64,000 nt of DNA from a phage, in assembly GCA_033648345.1 (NCBI GenBank), contig GCA_033648345.1_4121.1, one strand, 5' to 3'. The notes below the pieces were generated by a model that ran no database searches, was not told the origin of the DNA, and saw nothing but the letters and a program-made list of their open reading frames with translations. Every line of letters begins with the position of its first letter. The stretch's first letter is position 1. Below, in pieces: positions 12,284-22,191 of this stretch. The translations under genes and the position numbers were made by a program.

Positions 12284-12641
12284 TCTAATAGTACGTATAA
12301 TGCAAGATGTTTGTAATAACCTTTATACAGGCAATTTTGACGATCCGAACATAAAAATATTATGTTATGATGGTTTTACAATGGTACATCCAGCCTATTC
12401 AAATAATATCTACGTAGCATATACAGGTGAAAATCTATTATATCAATTTGATATATATAGTACAATGACAAAGATAATTTTGGATGCATCTAAACCAGCA
12501 ATCTTTATTGCTTCTCATGATTACCATTACACTGAAGAATCACTATTTCAGTACTCAATGATTAATGACATTGGTGGGTTGACATTGGATGAGGTTAATG
12601 CTATACTAGCTGTCTCACGTTTGGTTAAAACCCACAATTAG
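12276..12641 (+). CDS. hypothetical protein, F-Q-Y motif family
   Basis: ORF in track; LFQYSMINDIGGLTLDEVNAIL. Confidence 0.5.
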   Translation: MTSLIVRIMQDVCNNLYTGNFDDPNIKILCYDGFTMVHPAYSNNIYVAYTGENLLYQFDIYSTMTKIILDASKPAIFIASHDYHYTEESLFQYSMINDIGGLTLDEVNAILAVSRLVKTHN

Positions 12642-12650
12642 GAGATTCAT

Positions 12651-12842
12651 ATGTTCTGGAATTTATTATGCTTGTTTGGTCGTACATTGGTTCTTGCTAT
12701 TATTCATACACCTGGTATTCGTAATTATGTTTCTTATGAATTTAAGAAAAATTATCACAACAATACTGAAGTTCGTACAACTAAGATGTGCAAAGACTTC
12801 AAGGTGGATGTTCCACCATTCAAGAAGTACGAGGATGAATAA
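12651..12842 (+). CDS. hypothetical small protein
   Basis: ORF in track; overlapping alternative frame also open. Confidence 0.35.
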   Translation: MFWNLLCLFGRTLVLAIIHTPGIRNYVSYEFKKNYHNNTEVRTTKMCKDFKVDVPPFKKYEDE

Positions 12843-13126
12843 TGGAATTCATTGTTGCACCTGATGAACTTAAAACATTCACGTTCAGAGATAATAACAA
12901 TTATCCTTATACAAATCATTCATTGAATTCATTACATGTTATTGCAATCATTGCATCTGAATACAGGGATAATCCATGTATTGATTTTAAAACCACTGAT
13001 GGCGAATATACATGGGTGATCCCAAAAGATAAATATAGTTATCAAGGGGCAGTAGAAATTCGTGACTCGATTCTAAAACAAATCGAAGATGGAAATACTC
13101 ATCCTAAACTAAACACTCAGTACTGA
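12842..13126 (+). CDS. hypothetical protein
   Basis: ORF in track. Confidence 0.45.
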   Translation: MEFIVAPDELKTFTFRDNNNYPYTNHSLNSLHVIAIIASEYRDNPCIDFKTTDGEYTWVIPKDKYSYQGAVEIRDSILKQIEDGNTHPKLNTQY

Positions 13127-13285
13127 AATCGTTTAACCGGATAGCTTCTAGTCGGTACTGAATTCCTCCTTTTGTCTAGAAGCTATCACTCTTTTAAAGT
13201 ATAATGATATCACCCTCATGGTTCATTATATTCGTTACCCTCTAACAGTATCTTTTTATTCCTCTTTGATACTGTATTTTAGAAG

Positions 13286-13315
13286 TTGACATTTTTACTT
13301 CTACTGTGTTATACT
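13286..13315 (+). promoter_or_regulatory. putative promoter TTGACA-N18-TATACT
   Basis: ttgacatttttacttctactgtgttatact. Confidence 0.4.
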
Positions 13316-13317
13316 TA

Positions 13318-13348
13318 AGGCTGATTCATTATGAATCGGCCTTTTTTC
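13318..13348 (+). terminator. strong hairpin plus T-run immediately downstream of a promoter (terminator or attenuator)
   Basis: 11-bp stem aggctgattca / tgaatcggcct followed by T6. Confidence 0.5.
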
Positions 13349-13365
13349 TTGTGGGGATTAATGTA

Positions 13366-13782
13366 ATGAATAAAGAAGTTATTAGTTTAATGGATGAGTA
13401 TATCAACCAAACATATCGTTTTATATTTTTTAATGCATTTGAGTCCAGGACAACGTATCATTCTGGTGAATATGAGATAACAACTGGATCATTTCTTAAC
13501 GGATACATGGAGTTTTTAGAACAAAGCGATAATGTTTTCATTTCCATATCTGAAAAACATGGTGATGATTATGTTATTGATGTATGGCCTAATAAAGTAG
13601 AGATTGACACTACAAAGAAAATTGTAATTGATGTGGACGAATCATTGTATGATTTAACTGAAGATATGTATATGCAACTAAATTTCGTATACGATCTAAC
13701 TAACATAAGTTATTCTAATCTAAGTAAATTATTTTATATTTGTGGTGTACTACATAAAAACGTACAACAAAATAAAGGATAA
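13366..13782 (+). CDS. hypothetical protein
   Basis: track ORF 13306-13782 trimmed to ATG 13366 downstream of hairpin. Confidence 0.5.
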   Translation: MNKEVISLMDEYINQTYRFIFFNAFESRTTYHSGEYEITTGSFLNGYMEFLEQSDNVFISISEKHGDDYVIDVWPNKVEIDTTKKIVIDVDESLYDLTEDMYMQLNFVYDLTNISYSNLSKLFYICGVLHKNVQQNKG

Positions 13783-13790
13783 ACATTTAA

Positions 13791-14195
13791 ATGTTGAAAA
13801 TTCCACCACATACACTATCTATGCTAATTGAAAATGGTGTAATATTTTCTGAAGGGTGTAGTTCATTCTATACATGTGACGTAGACCCGTACACATTTGA
13901 ATACCGTTCATTTAAAAATACATTGAGTGTTCCATGTGAAGCTTCTGACAACATTGTACTTGTCGTTTCGTTCTATGGTGTGCCAAAATTCTTCATTGAT
14001 ATATATTATGATTCTTTTAAGATACAAACATACGATCATTTTCTTGGTGAAGTGCTCTTGCAAATGCAGATTGAACATGTTACTATAGATGAAGATATGT
14101 TCTTTCAGCTATCTACATTATACGATATGTGTGGATTGTCAGTTGACAACATAAATGGTATCTTTGAAATTGCCAGAACCCTACGAGGAAGATGA
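13791..14195 (+). CDS. hypothetical protein, F-Q-L-S motif family
   Basis: ORF in track; DEDMFFQLSTLYDMCGLSVDNINGIFEI. Confidence 0.5.
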   Translation: MLKIPPHTLSMLIENGVIFSEGCSSFYTCDVDPYTFEYRSFKNTLSVPCEASDNIVLVVSFYGVPKFFIDIYYDSFKIQTYDHFLGEVLLQMQIEHVTIDEDMFFQLSTLYDMCGLSVDNINGIFEIARTLRGR

Positions 14196-14196
14196 T

Positions 14197-14604
14197 ATGG
14201 TCAAAATTTTAAGTGATAATGCAGTTGATATTGTCATTGATGTACTTGAAAACAGTAATACATTTGAGAAGAAACACAGTACTGTATACTTCGGTAAAGA
14301 TTGTTGGCTGAACTATACATCTGATAGTTCATTTATAATTCGTGTTGAAAAGGGTGATATTGGATTAACGATACATGCTTCCTATACTAAAACAATCACT
14401 GTTATTGCCAACAAACCAAGTACTTCTGATTTCTGGGATAGAATTGATGATTGTGACCATTTCATGTCAACATTCTATAAAACAGAAGAAGAACATTTCA
14501 TGGATAGTACTGTCAAAGAATTAGCTATTCCATTTAAACTTATGAAAGCTGCAAGAGATTTTATTTTAAAATACAAAAAAATAGGAGTTGATGATGCAAT
14601 TTAA
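14197..14604 (+). CDS. hypothetical protein, EEE-F-x-x-S motif family
   Basis: track ORF trimmed to ATG 14197 after GAGGAAG; KTEEEHFMDSTV. Confidence 0.5.
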   Translation: MVKILSDNAVDIVIDVLENSNTFEKKHSTVYFGKDCWLNYTSDSSFIIRVEKGDIGLTIHASYTKTITVIANKPSTSDFWDRIDDCDHFMSTFYKTEEEHFMDSTVKELAIPFKLMKAARDFILKYKKIGVDDAI

Positions 14605-15040
14605 TGGTAAGGTTTCTAAAGTAGGTTTAGTTTTTGAAAATTGTGAGTTCATTGATATTGATGTAAAGAATGTTTTATGGATGCATATTGCTGACGTGAA
14701 AACTCTTTGTAGTCGTTTTTCCAACGGTCTAACTATTAGTACTGGTATTGGTGAGTTCGGTATTGCATTGCGTAGTGATACACCATCGGATTTCATGGAT
14801 AACTCTACACTGTTAGACCGTTTAAAAATGCGTGATGTTACACACGTTTATCTTTATGATACTAATGGTGTTGAACAGCGTTATGTAGTTGAATGGGCTA
14901 ATTATAACCTTAGTGATCAATATTCAGTAAACCAGCGTGTTCAACTCACCCCTGGTGGTAATATTGTGTTTGTTAGTTCAACTGGTAAATTAATCAGTGT
15001 AGATGATGAAAGTATTGATCTATTCACTTCATATAACTAA
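14588..15040 (+). CDS. hypothetical protein
   Basis: ORF in track after GGAG. Confidence 0.5.
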   Translation: MMMQFNGKVSKVGLVFENCEFIDIDVKNVLWMHIADVKTLCSRFSNGLTISTGIGEFGIALRSDTPSDFMDNSTLLDRLKMRDVTHVYLYDTNGVEQRYVVEWANYNLSDQYSVNQRVQLTPGGNIVFVSSTGKLISVDDESIDLFTSYN

Positions 15041-15051
15041 TACGAGATAAT

Positions 15052-15471
15052 ATGAAAACAATCAAAACACATTTCAAAGATACATGGACAGAAGTAAGTA
15101 CTGGTAATATTCAAGATATTTTATACAGTACTGAAACTATTCATGTCTATGATGAAGAGACAGCCGCCGAGCAGTTAAAGGCATTGCATCGTAGTGTAGG
15201 TGAACACACCGAGTACGGTGTCAAACATACTCGTGAATTGGTAAGTACTGATCATATTGACACCCGCACTGTAAATCTATCAAAAGAAGAAATGTTTGAT
15301 TTTATTCTAAACAATACTTTAACAATTCAACCAGATGGATCACTATACAGTAAAACAGATGGTACACAAGTTAGTAAAAAGTACAATGTGACCATCAATG
15401 ATACGGTGATGTCTGGATATGATTTAGTTGATGCAATCAACGAGTACGTTTCTATGCAGAGGTTGAAATGA
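15052..15471 (+). CDS. hypothetical protein
   Basis: ORF in track. Confidence 0.5.
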   Translation: MKTIKTHFKDTWTEVSTGNIQDILYSTETIHVYDEETAAEQLKALHRSVGEHTEYGVKHTRELVSTDHIDTRTVNLSKEEMFDFILNNTLTIQPDGSLYSKTDGTQVSKKYNVTINDTVMSGYDLVDAINEYVSMQRLK

Positions 15472-15833
15472 TTAATCTGATATATTTTACAATTATTTGT
15501 TGCATTACTATTGTACTTTGTCGTCTAATTCATGTATACTCATATCATAAAGCGTTGAGAATCGAACAAGAGATTTACAACGAAAACCGTGAGCCAGAGC
15601 CAGAGAAGCTACCCCGCTCACCATATGCATTGAAGCGTGAGATGCATTCGGAGAGTAAGAAGTGGGGTTATGCAATAACCAAGCATGGTTATATCTACAC
15701 TGCTGCAAATGGCTATTTTCAAATTCACCATGATCTTTCAGTTGCGATTGGAATTTTATGGGAAATGGAGGATATAGGTGGTTATGAGCGTACTAAATTT
15801 CCAAACTTACAAAATGATCCAGGAACTTCATGA
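15468..15833 (+). CDS. hypothetical protein with N-terminal TM helix
   Basis: ORF in track. Confidence 0.45.
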   Translation: MINLIYFTIICCITIVLCRLIHVYSYHKALRIEQEIYNENREPEPEKLPRSPYALKREMHSESKKWGYAITKHGYIYTAANGYFQIHHDLSVAIGILWEMEDIGGYERTKFPNLQNDPGTS

Positions 15834-15987
15834 AGAACATGATATAATTGTAGATGTAGAAAAGAAGGAAGTTGTTATGAAGAAGCAAGCATATCGCATC
15901 TTAGACAACTTCTATCTTAAGGCATTTATAATGAAGTTCTGTGCAGACGAGCACTTAACAGGACGTGTTATACGCAAGGAGTCGTAG
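15814..15987 (+). CDS. hypothetical small protein
   Basis: track ORF trimmed to internal ATG. Confidence 0.3.
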   Translation: MIQELHEEHDIIVDVEKKEVVMKKQAYRILDNFYLKAFIMKFCADEHLTGRVIRKES

Positions 15988-16329
15988 ATGGACATGAGTT
16001 CAACAATTCAGTACTTGAGCGAGAATTTTGTCAAAATCATTTCACGTGGTGGTATGATTGTGCATCCTGAAACTGAAGATATGTATATCATTCGTTTTGA
16101 TGCAAATTCTTATGATCAAGTACTTGTTGTTTCGAAATTAGTAGGTTATAATGAAGTCGTTCAGTTCTGCTGTACCGAGTTCGGTATCTATATTAAAGAT
16201 GCAGAAACCAATGAGATTTCACATTATTTTTATCACACACTGATGGGTACTAAAGATTTTGGATTGAAATTCAATGATTTAGTACAATGTCACTATATGT
16301 TTAAAACATACCCAGCATCTGGGAAATAA
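15988..16329 (+). CDS. hypothetical protein
   Basis: ORF in track after GGAG. Confidence 0.5.
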   Translation: MDMSSTIQYLSENFVKIISRGGMIVHPETEDMYIIRFDANSYDQVLVVSKLVGYNEVVQFCCTEFGIYIKDAETNEISHYFYHTLMGTKDFGLKFNDLVQCHYMFKTYPASGK

Positions 16330-16340
16330 GGAGTAACAAT

Positions 16341-17156
16341 ATGAGCAACATTTTCTTCAAAACCATTTCCTTCAAAAAAGAATCTTACTCTTACGCTTAT
16401 GTAGATGGTAAAGTACTCAATATCGTTCTAGATGGTGTTGATGTGCCTGTTCAATTTACCAGCCATCAAGAAGCGATTGAGGGTGCTCAAGAGCTTAACA
16501 GCTTACTAAATGGTATTGAGAAGAAACCTGAAGTTAAATCTGACCTTGATTTATTGGTTGACAAAATTAAAAGTGGTGAACTATTATCAATTCTAGACCA
16601 GTGTAATGAAAAATTACGTGGTGTTGTTGGTGATGTACGTACTACAGTTCAAGATCGTCTACTTGAGCAAGCATTCAAAGAAGTTACTAAGAAAACTGAA
16701 GAACGTGTTGAAGGTATGATTAAAAACATTGATGACGTTCTCACTCATATGTTCACCAAGCCATACGAATCAAGTACTGATTCTGAAGAGAAACAAGAAG
16801 AACCAGTAGAACGCACCAAGCCATCTATTGTTACTAAAGTTAAACATAGTTTTGGTTCACTGGATGATGTATTTGGATTTACAAATGTACGTGTTAGTAC
16901 TGATGAAAAGCCAGAAGTTGATGAAATGCTAATTGGTGACATGACAACTGGTCAACTCAAAAAAGAGATTGATACCTTTGTTAATGAACTAATTAGTTCT
17001 GAACGTGCTGAAAATATGTTTAGCAGTATTTCAGCTAACTTCGGTAAAGAAGCAACTGAGCAAGCAGTACAGGCATTCAAAGATTTGATTTACACTGTTG
17101 CAATTGCTAATCCAGAACAAACACTGGAAGAAGTTCTACGTAAAAACTTCAAATAA
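16341..17156 (+). CDS. hypothetical protein (271 aa)
   Basis: ORF in track with AAGGAG RBS. Confidence 0.55.
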   Translation: MSNIFFKTISFKKESYSYAYVDGKVLNIVLDGVDVPVQFTSHQEAIEGAQELNSLLNGIEKKPEVKSDLDLLVDKIKSGELLSILDQCNEKLRGVVGDVRTTVQDRLLEQAFKEVTKKTEERVEGMIKNIDDVLTHMFTKPYESSTDSEEKQEEPVERTKPSIVTKVKHSFGSLDDVFGFTNVRVSTDEKPEVDEMLIGDMTTGQLKKEIDTFVNELISSERAENMFSSISANFGKEATEQAVQAFKDLIYTVAIANPEQTLEEVLRKNFK

Positions 17157-17174
17157 GATATAGATAAAAGAAAA

Positions 17175-17199
17175 GCCACTACAATGTAGTGGCTTTTTT
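17175..17199. terminator. bidirectional rho-independent terminator
   Basis: gccactac-aat-gtagtggc flanked by A-run upstream and T6 downstream; between convergent genes. Confidence 0.65.
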
Positions 17200-17200
17200 G

Positions 17201-18358
17201 TTATGCGTTATAACCAACAATGACTACAGTACAGCCAAATGGTTCAACAACTTTTAATACAACATTATCATTTGCATCGAGTTCAACTTCACTTAGAACA
17301 ACATGATTGTCTTCAGCATATACTTGAACTTGTGGGAGGATTTTACCATGTTCACTGACAGGAATGGACAGTGTGTACATAGAATCACCATCAACTACCC
17401 AATCACTATCGGTATACGTGTTGTGATATGGAGTGGTGTGTAAGGTTTTACCAATAATACTCAATGAGATTGGAGCGTCATCAGTTTGGTACACAGTAAT
17501 ATTACCGCTAGGATCTACAATGAGGTCTACTCCAATTTGGAATAAATCACCACTGTATGCTTGTAGAGCAAGATACTCACCACGCTCATGCACAGTAGCT
17601 GGTACAGTTGCCATGTACATACCATCGGACGTGTACTCAAACTGAGATAGAAGTACTGAAGTAACGAAGTCAATATCTTCGCCGCTTTCTAGTATATCAA
17701 ATTCAATAGTTTTGGTATTATATATGTCAGAAGTGAGTATGATGGTTCCTTTACCGGATTGAGTAATTGGATCAACTGGAATACTAAAAACATCATCAAT
17801 TATTTCAGTTGTGAAGTACTCGGTTCCGTCAGGAAGTATAACGGTAATACGCATTCCAGTTGTATCAATGGCTGAACCTGCGTTGAATAGGCGACCACCT
17901 ACCAAATCATCACCTACGAACGTTGGGAACATAAGGATGTTGTCTATATCTCTATCTATAATCCCGCATTCAGGGGTGTACATATTATATAGTGTTTGTG
18001 AACTACCTAGAATTGTTTTGTGCAAAAGAAACTTATAAACAAACCCAGTAGGATCTGATTCAAGTTTAGCATCTGAGTATCCTCTTACGAAAAAAGAGTT
18101 CTTTCTTATTTCACTTAGGATTTGGTCATTAGTTTTGTTGTAGTTTAATTGATATCCTTGTATATCCTTTGTTGTAATTTGTACTTTACGATAAATTACA
18201 TTACTTACAGGATCAAGTAAATCATATAATCTATGGCTTCTCTGACGATAGATTCGAACATTTTTGAGTTTAGTCCCATCGTTGAGAATTGCACCATCGA
18301 CTACATATCCACATTCACCGAACTTATATCGTCCAGCAGCAGCAATCGATCTTGACAT
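17201..18358 (-). CDS. hypothetical protein (385 aa), sole minus-strand gene in this region
   Basis: long ORF in track; GGAGGGATG RBS on minus strand. Confidence 0.6.
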   Translation of the reverse strand: MSRSIAAAGRYKFGECGYVVDGAILNDGTKLKNVRIYRQRSHRLYDLLDPVSNVIYRKVQITTKDIQGYQLNYNKTNDQILSEIRKNSFFVRGYSDAKLESDPTGFVYKFLLHKTILGSSQTLYNMYTPECGIIDRDIDNILMFPTFVGDDLVGGRLFNAGSAIDTTGMRITVILPDGTEYFTTEIIDDVFSIPVDPITQSGKGTIILTSDIYNTKTIEFDILESGEDIDFVTSVLLSQFEYTSDGMYMATVPATVHERGEYLALQAYSGDLFQIGVDLIVDPSGNITVYQTDDAPISLSIIGKTLHTTPYHNTYTDSDWVVDGDSMYTLSIPVSEHGKILPQVQVYAEDNHVVLSEVELDANDNVVLKVVEPFGCTVVIVGYNA

Positions 18359-18474
18359 TCATCCCTCCATTGGTATAATTATTATAACGTATTTATTCTA
18401 GATAGGTAAAAAAGCACCTTGACTGAGTTGTGTTTTTGACGTATACTTAAATGGAATATCAATAAGGGGATTTT

Positions 18475-19059
18475 ATGAGTGTTGTAGAAAAACGTTTAGT
18501 ACTGAAAAATGGTAAAATGACTGTTAAGCTATACAAAGATGAAGCTGATTCTTTTATGGCTAAAGCAATTGAGAAATCCGAACGATATAAAATTCTTGCA
18601 CCTGCAAGTAAATCGCCGTATGGATTTAATCACGCTCACAGTCATTTTGTGGGGATGGTATGTGAACATGCGTCATTTGTACTTTTTAATGAAATTGAAA
18701 ACTATTCAGGTATTGCACTTAACATTGATCCAGCGTTCCAAAGTGATGGTCGTGATGGTGAATGTGATATCAAAGTAAACAACTTAAGAATTGAAGTGAA
18801 AGGCATCAAGTACAAATCGTGGACAGACTTTGGACCATGTGTTAGTACTCGACAGTTAAAAAATATACAGAAAAAAGCTGACGTTATTCTGTGGGTATTG
18901 TATAATGAGAAAAAGCAAGAATTCACATTTGAGGGATTCAACTATGTAAAAGACATTAGTTCGATTCCAGTTGTGCTAACAGGTGTACCAGGGCGACCAA
19001 TGATTGAAAATCACCCAGTACTGAGTATTATTAAACCACTTCAGGAGTTACCATTATGA
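18475..19059 (+). CDS. hypothetical protein, possible PD-(D/E)xK nuclease fold
   Basis: ORF in track; D-x9-EVK pattern (CDIKVNNLRIEVK). Confidence 0.5.
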   Translation: MSVVEKRLVLKNGKMTVKLYKDEADSFMAKAIEKSERYKILAPASKSPYGFNHAHSHFVGMVCEHASFVLFNEIENYSGIALNIDPAFQSDGRDGECDIKVNNLRIEVKGIKYKSWTDFGPCVSTRQLKNIQKKADVILWVLYNEKKQEFTFEGFNYVKDISSIPVVLTGVPGRPMIENHPVLSIIKPLQELPL

Positions 19060-19283
19060 TTCAGGCAACTGTATATCAAGATATTAATGAAGAATTTAAT
19101 TCTAAAATTGCATTTTTATCCTTTCCCGTATTGCCAGCTATTGGTGCTACGTTGAATCTTACAATCTGTGGCTTTGAAAAATACTATGAAGTACTAGATA
19201 TTGAGTACTGTGCAGATGTTTATTCATGCAACAGTGAGATTGCTATTCCTGTGCAAATCGACATTATTGTAAAAGAGGTTTGA
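19056..19283 (+). CDS. hypothetical protein
   Basis: ORF in track, coupled. Confidence 0.45.
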   Translation: MIQATVYQDINEEFNSKIAFLSFPVLPAIGATLNLTICGFEKYYEVLDIEYCADVYSCNSEIAIPVQIDIIVKEV

Positions 19284-19744
19284 TTATGTTTAAACACTTT
19301 CTAGTAATCACTGCTGTTGTATTCAGTACTTCCTGCTTTGTTGCACCAGCACATGCGGAAGACCAGCGTCAAACAATCAAGACGATTGGAACAGGGAAAG
19401 CCCAACCAAAACGTACTGCTGAAGAATACATGCCTGAGATGCGTGAACGTTACCGCCAGCAATACCGTGAAAAACATGCTAATGATAAGCCTATCAAAAA
19501 GCATAAATGGAATGTAGTCAAATCGCCATCGTTTTGTGCTGGGTATGCTAAGGTTAAGGATGAACAGCACAACAAGCAGTACTATAAAGATATGTACACA
19601 TTCTATGATTCGAGGATCTCGGATGATGACATGATGGCTGCTAAGGTTGATAAAGAAGAATTTCTTCAGGGTTATGACATGACCGATGATGACAAGATCA
19701 TGGAATGTGTTGAAGTATATGAAAAATACAGAGGTTTTGAATGA
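19280..19744 (+). CDS. secreted protein (signal peptide)
   Basis: N-terminus LVITAVVFSTSCFVAPAHA then charged mature region. Confidence 0.55.
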   Translation: MIMFKHFLVITAVVFSTSCFVAPAHAEDQRQTIKTIGTGKAQPKRTAEEYMPEMRERYRQQYREKHANDKPIKKHKWNVVKSPSFCAGYAKVKDEQHNKQYYKDMYTFYDSRISDDDMMAAKVDKEEFLQGYDMTDDDKIMECVEVYEKYRGFE

Positions 19745-20184
19745 CACTTTTGCTGATTCTAGGTTTATTAGTGTCATATTTCATTTTTCTTAACATCTTC
19801 TCTGATGCATCACATTTTGCATATGCTTCAGCTATTGCAAGACACGAAGGGATAAAGAAGTATATTCCTGCATTGTTATTCTCATATATGTACCATCCAA
19901 GGTACTTTACACTAGGTGTGTTTGACAAGTATGTATACGACGAAAAAGCACTCAATGAAATTGAATACTTTGTAAGAACTCATGCTAATAACAATCCAAA
20001 ATCATTAATTAACTTTACTGATAATCGTAAACGTGTTAGTATTAGAACTGACTTGTATCCTACCAGTCACTTTCATCTAGGTGATTGTAGTGTGTACAGG
20101 GTTAGATACGAAAACTTACTGTTACCACCATCACATATAAGATACATAGAAAAATACTTGTTGAAATGTGTTGACTCCAAATAG
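19741..20184 (+). CDS. hypothetical protein with N-terminal TM helix
   Basis: ORF in track. Confidence 0.5.
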   Translation: MTLLLILGLLVSYFIFLNIFSDASHFAYASAIARHEGIKKYIPALLFSYMYHPRYFTLGVFDKYVYDEKALNEIEYFVRTHANNNPKSLINFTDNRKRVSIRTDLYPTSHFHLGDCSVYRVRYENLLLPPSHIRYIEKYLLKCVDSK

Positions 20185-20200
20185 TAAATGGCAGTATAAT
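20171..20200 (+). promoter_or_regulatory. sigma70-type promoter TTGACT-N18-TATAAT
   Basis: ttgactccaaatagtaaatggcagtataat. Confidence 0.5.
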
Positions 20201-20237
20201 AGCTTCGTACCGCAATAACTGACAAGAGGATTTAACG

Positions 20238-20696
20238 ATGGACGTATTAGCTACTCAATTCAAACGCAACGCAGAAGAACGTGAAGGTTACCTAAGTATC
20301 AGTGAAGTGGTTGAAGATGGATTCAAGCAGTACATTTTCAACAGTGCAATTAAACTGAAGCCAACAAAAGATTCACCGGACCGCAGCTTCACCAAGTGGA
20401 TTGCATTCTGGGAAGATTCACCAATTGCAATCGAAATGACTGTCATCACTACAGTACTGGAAACTGGTTACATCAAAGCAATTGTAGTTGATAAGAAAGT
20501 TCGTACTCTTGATGAAATCGGGACATACCCAGCACGTAACTCTAAAGTATTTGGGTGTTTAGTTGATGGTAAGTTTATGATTGAAAAAGATGCTAAGAAC
20601 TATGTAATTGATAAACTACAAACCAGTGCTACTAAACAGGAAGTCGTAGACCAGAACGCAGTGGATGCTATTAAAAAGGCATGGGGACTGAAATAA
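20238..20696 (+). CDS. hypothetical protein
   Basis: ORF in track with AGAGGA RBS. Confidence 0.5.
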   Translation: MDVLATQFKRNAEEREGYLSISEVVEDGFKQYIFNSAIKLKPTKDSPDRSFTKWIAFWEDSPIAIEMTVITTVLETGYIKAIVVDKKVRTLDEIGTYPARNSKVFGCLVDGKFMIEKDAKNYVIDKLQTSATKQEVVDQNAVDAIKKAWGLK

Positions 20697-21118
20697 TGTT
20701 CACACTTAGCAATGCAAAGTATCTATTTCTTATTGCTATTATTGGTTGGGTGATGGCTCCAGTGCTTAATGCACTGGGGTTTCCAGACGGACATAAACTT
20801 GTAAATGTTTCAGGTGTAATCCAGGGCATTTCATGGTATTCATTGATTATATTTTCTATATGTATTCATACATTTGCACGTGATTGCCGCCGTCTGCTTT
20901 TTGTTAAAGTATTCGGTACTAAGAGATATAGTTTTGTGTTTACATTTATTTTAATACCATGTATTATCTATGCTTTTGTATTTGATTACTATACTTATCT
21001 GTGGGTGTGTGGTTCTATGTTTGTTATGTTGGAATATACAAGAACTGTTCAAAACTCATATGCTGATGAGTATTATGATCTTGAAGTTAAACGAAAATTA
21101 ACGGAGCTAAACAAATGA
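20696..21118 (+). CDS. integral membrane protein
   Basis: track ORF trimmed to ATG 20696; multiple hydrophobic helices. Confidence 0.5.
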   Translation: MFTLSNAKYLFLIAIIGWVMAPVLNALGFPDGHKLVNVSGVIQGISWYSLIIFSICIHTFARDCRRLLFVKVFGTKRYSFVFTFILIPCIIYAFVFDYYTYLWVCGSMFVMLEYTRTVQNSYADEYYDLEVKRKLTELNK

Positions 21119-21540
21119 GGGGATACAATAAGATTTGTATTTTTGTATTTTTAGTTTGTGCAATCAATACATTTGGATATTACTGTACTGAAAACAACAT
21201 TTCATATGGTTTAAATCCTTTGTGGTTTACAATTGCCAATGTAGCACAAATTGGTATTGCTGTTATGTCTGCACTTATGTTCTGTCCAATTGTCACTATG
21301 GATACTGATCATGAAAGGCTGGGATTTATCCGTGATACTGGAGACGAACCTTACAGTAGATTGATTGTGTTGTATCCATTTATTGTTATTTTAGGTACTA
21401 ACATCCAACTTGGGTCTTTATCTAATAGTGTTACTTCAGCAGCCATTACAGTCTTTGCATTCACATTTTTTATGGTACACAAATCAGTACTCAAATGGCA
21501 CATCACCAAAATGGCAGAGAAAGGTACGGAAAACAGTTGA
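21115..21540 (+). CDS. integral membrane protein
   Basis: ORF in track; hydrophobic helices. Confidence 0.5.
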   Translation: MRGYNKICIFVFLVCAINTFGYYCTENNISYGLNPLWFTIANVAQIGIAVMSALMFCPIVTMDTDHERLGFIRDTGDEPYSRLIVLYPFIVILGTNIQLGSLSNSVTSAAITVFAFTFFMVHKSVLKWHITKMAEKGTENS

Positions 21541-21565
21541 CGTGAGTTATTGAGTCATATATAAT
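21537..21565 (+). promoter_or_regulatory. putative promoter TTGACG-N17-TATAAT
   Basis: ttgacgtgagttattgagtcatatataat. Confidence 0.45.
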
Positions 21566-21599
21566 TATTACATCAAAACTGGGAAATGGTAAGGAACTT

Positions 21600-21851
21600 A
21601 TGAACATCGATAAGGTCAAAGAACTTAGTGAAGCACTAATTAAGAACGAAGAAGCTTGTGAAGAACTTCGCAGTACTATCAAAGTTGAGTACGCACGTCT
21701 TCAAGCTATGCTTCAGGAATCCGAATGGGTTGTAACTAAATCTATCGAAGCAATCTATAAGGATATCGAATCCCTTTTCAATAAGAAAAGCAAGTTTGAA
21801 TCTGATTCATATAACAAGCGTAAAGAATTGAATTCAGTACTCGGTATCTAA
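21600..21851 (+). CDS. hypothetical protein
   Basis: ORF in track after AAGGAA. Confidence 0.45.
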   Translation: MNIDKVKELSEALIKNEEACEELRSTIKVEYARLQAMLQESEWVVTKSIEAIYKDIESLFNKKSKFESDSYNKRKELNSVLGI

Positions 21852-21857
21852 AAGTAT

Positions 21858-21886
21858 TTGACTTAACCAATAACATGGAGTACAAT
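21858..21886 (+). promoter_or_regulatory. putative promoter TTGACT-N17-TACAAT
   Basis: ttgacttaaccaataacatggagtacaat. Confidence 0.45.
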
Positions 21887-21925
21887 GTGCTCCTAATTTA
21901 ATTATCAGCTAAAAAGGAAAACATT

Positions 21926-22186
21926 ATGAAATCTATTCTCGTTGCAGTTAACCTGGTTGCTTCCCCATCTTTTAACTTCAAACAAGTTGTTGCTGATAAT
22001 CTGAAGAAGATCTGTCCAAACGCTGAATTGACTTTCTGTGTGTTTGATTCAGAAAAAGTAACTAAAGTTGATCTAAACTATCTTTTGAACGAAGTACAAA
22101 GTATTTCTGGTGAAAGTAGTTTGGAAGTACTGAATACGGTTGCTGATGACTATGATGATACACTGGTAATTTCGGAGAAATTCTAA
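21926..22186 (+). CDS. hypothetical protein
   Basis: ORF in track after AAAGGAAA. Confidence 0.45.
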   Translation: MKSILVAVNLVASPSFNFKQVVADNLKKICPNAELTFCVFDSEKVTKVDLNYLLNEVQSISGESSLEVLNTVADDYDDTLVISEKF

Positions 22187-22191
22187 ATCCA

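Noticed and set aside
13141-13187. Large hairpin (11-bp stem atagcttctag/ctagaagctat with 25-nt loop) as a terminator
   Set aside because: The loop is too large and there is no clear T-run; possibly a regulatory structure, left unannotated.
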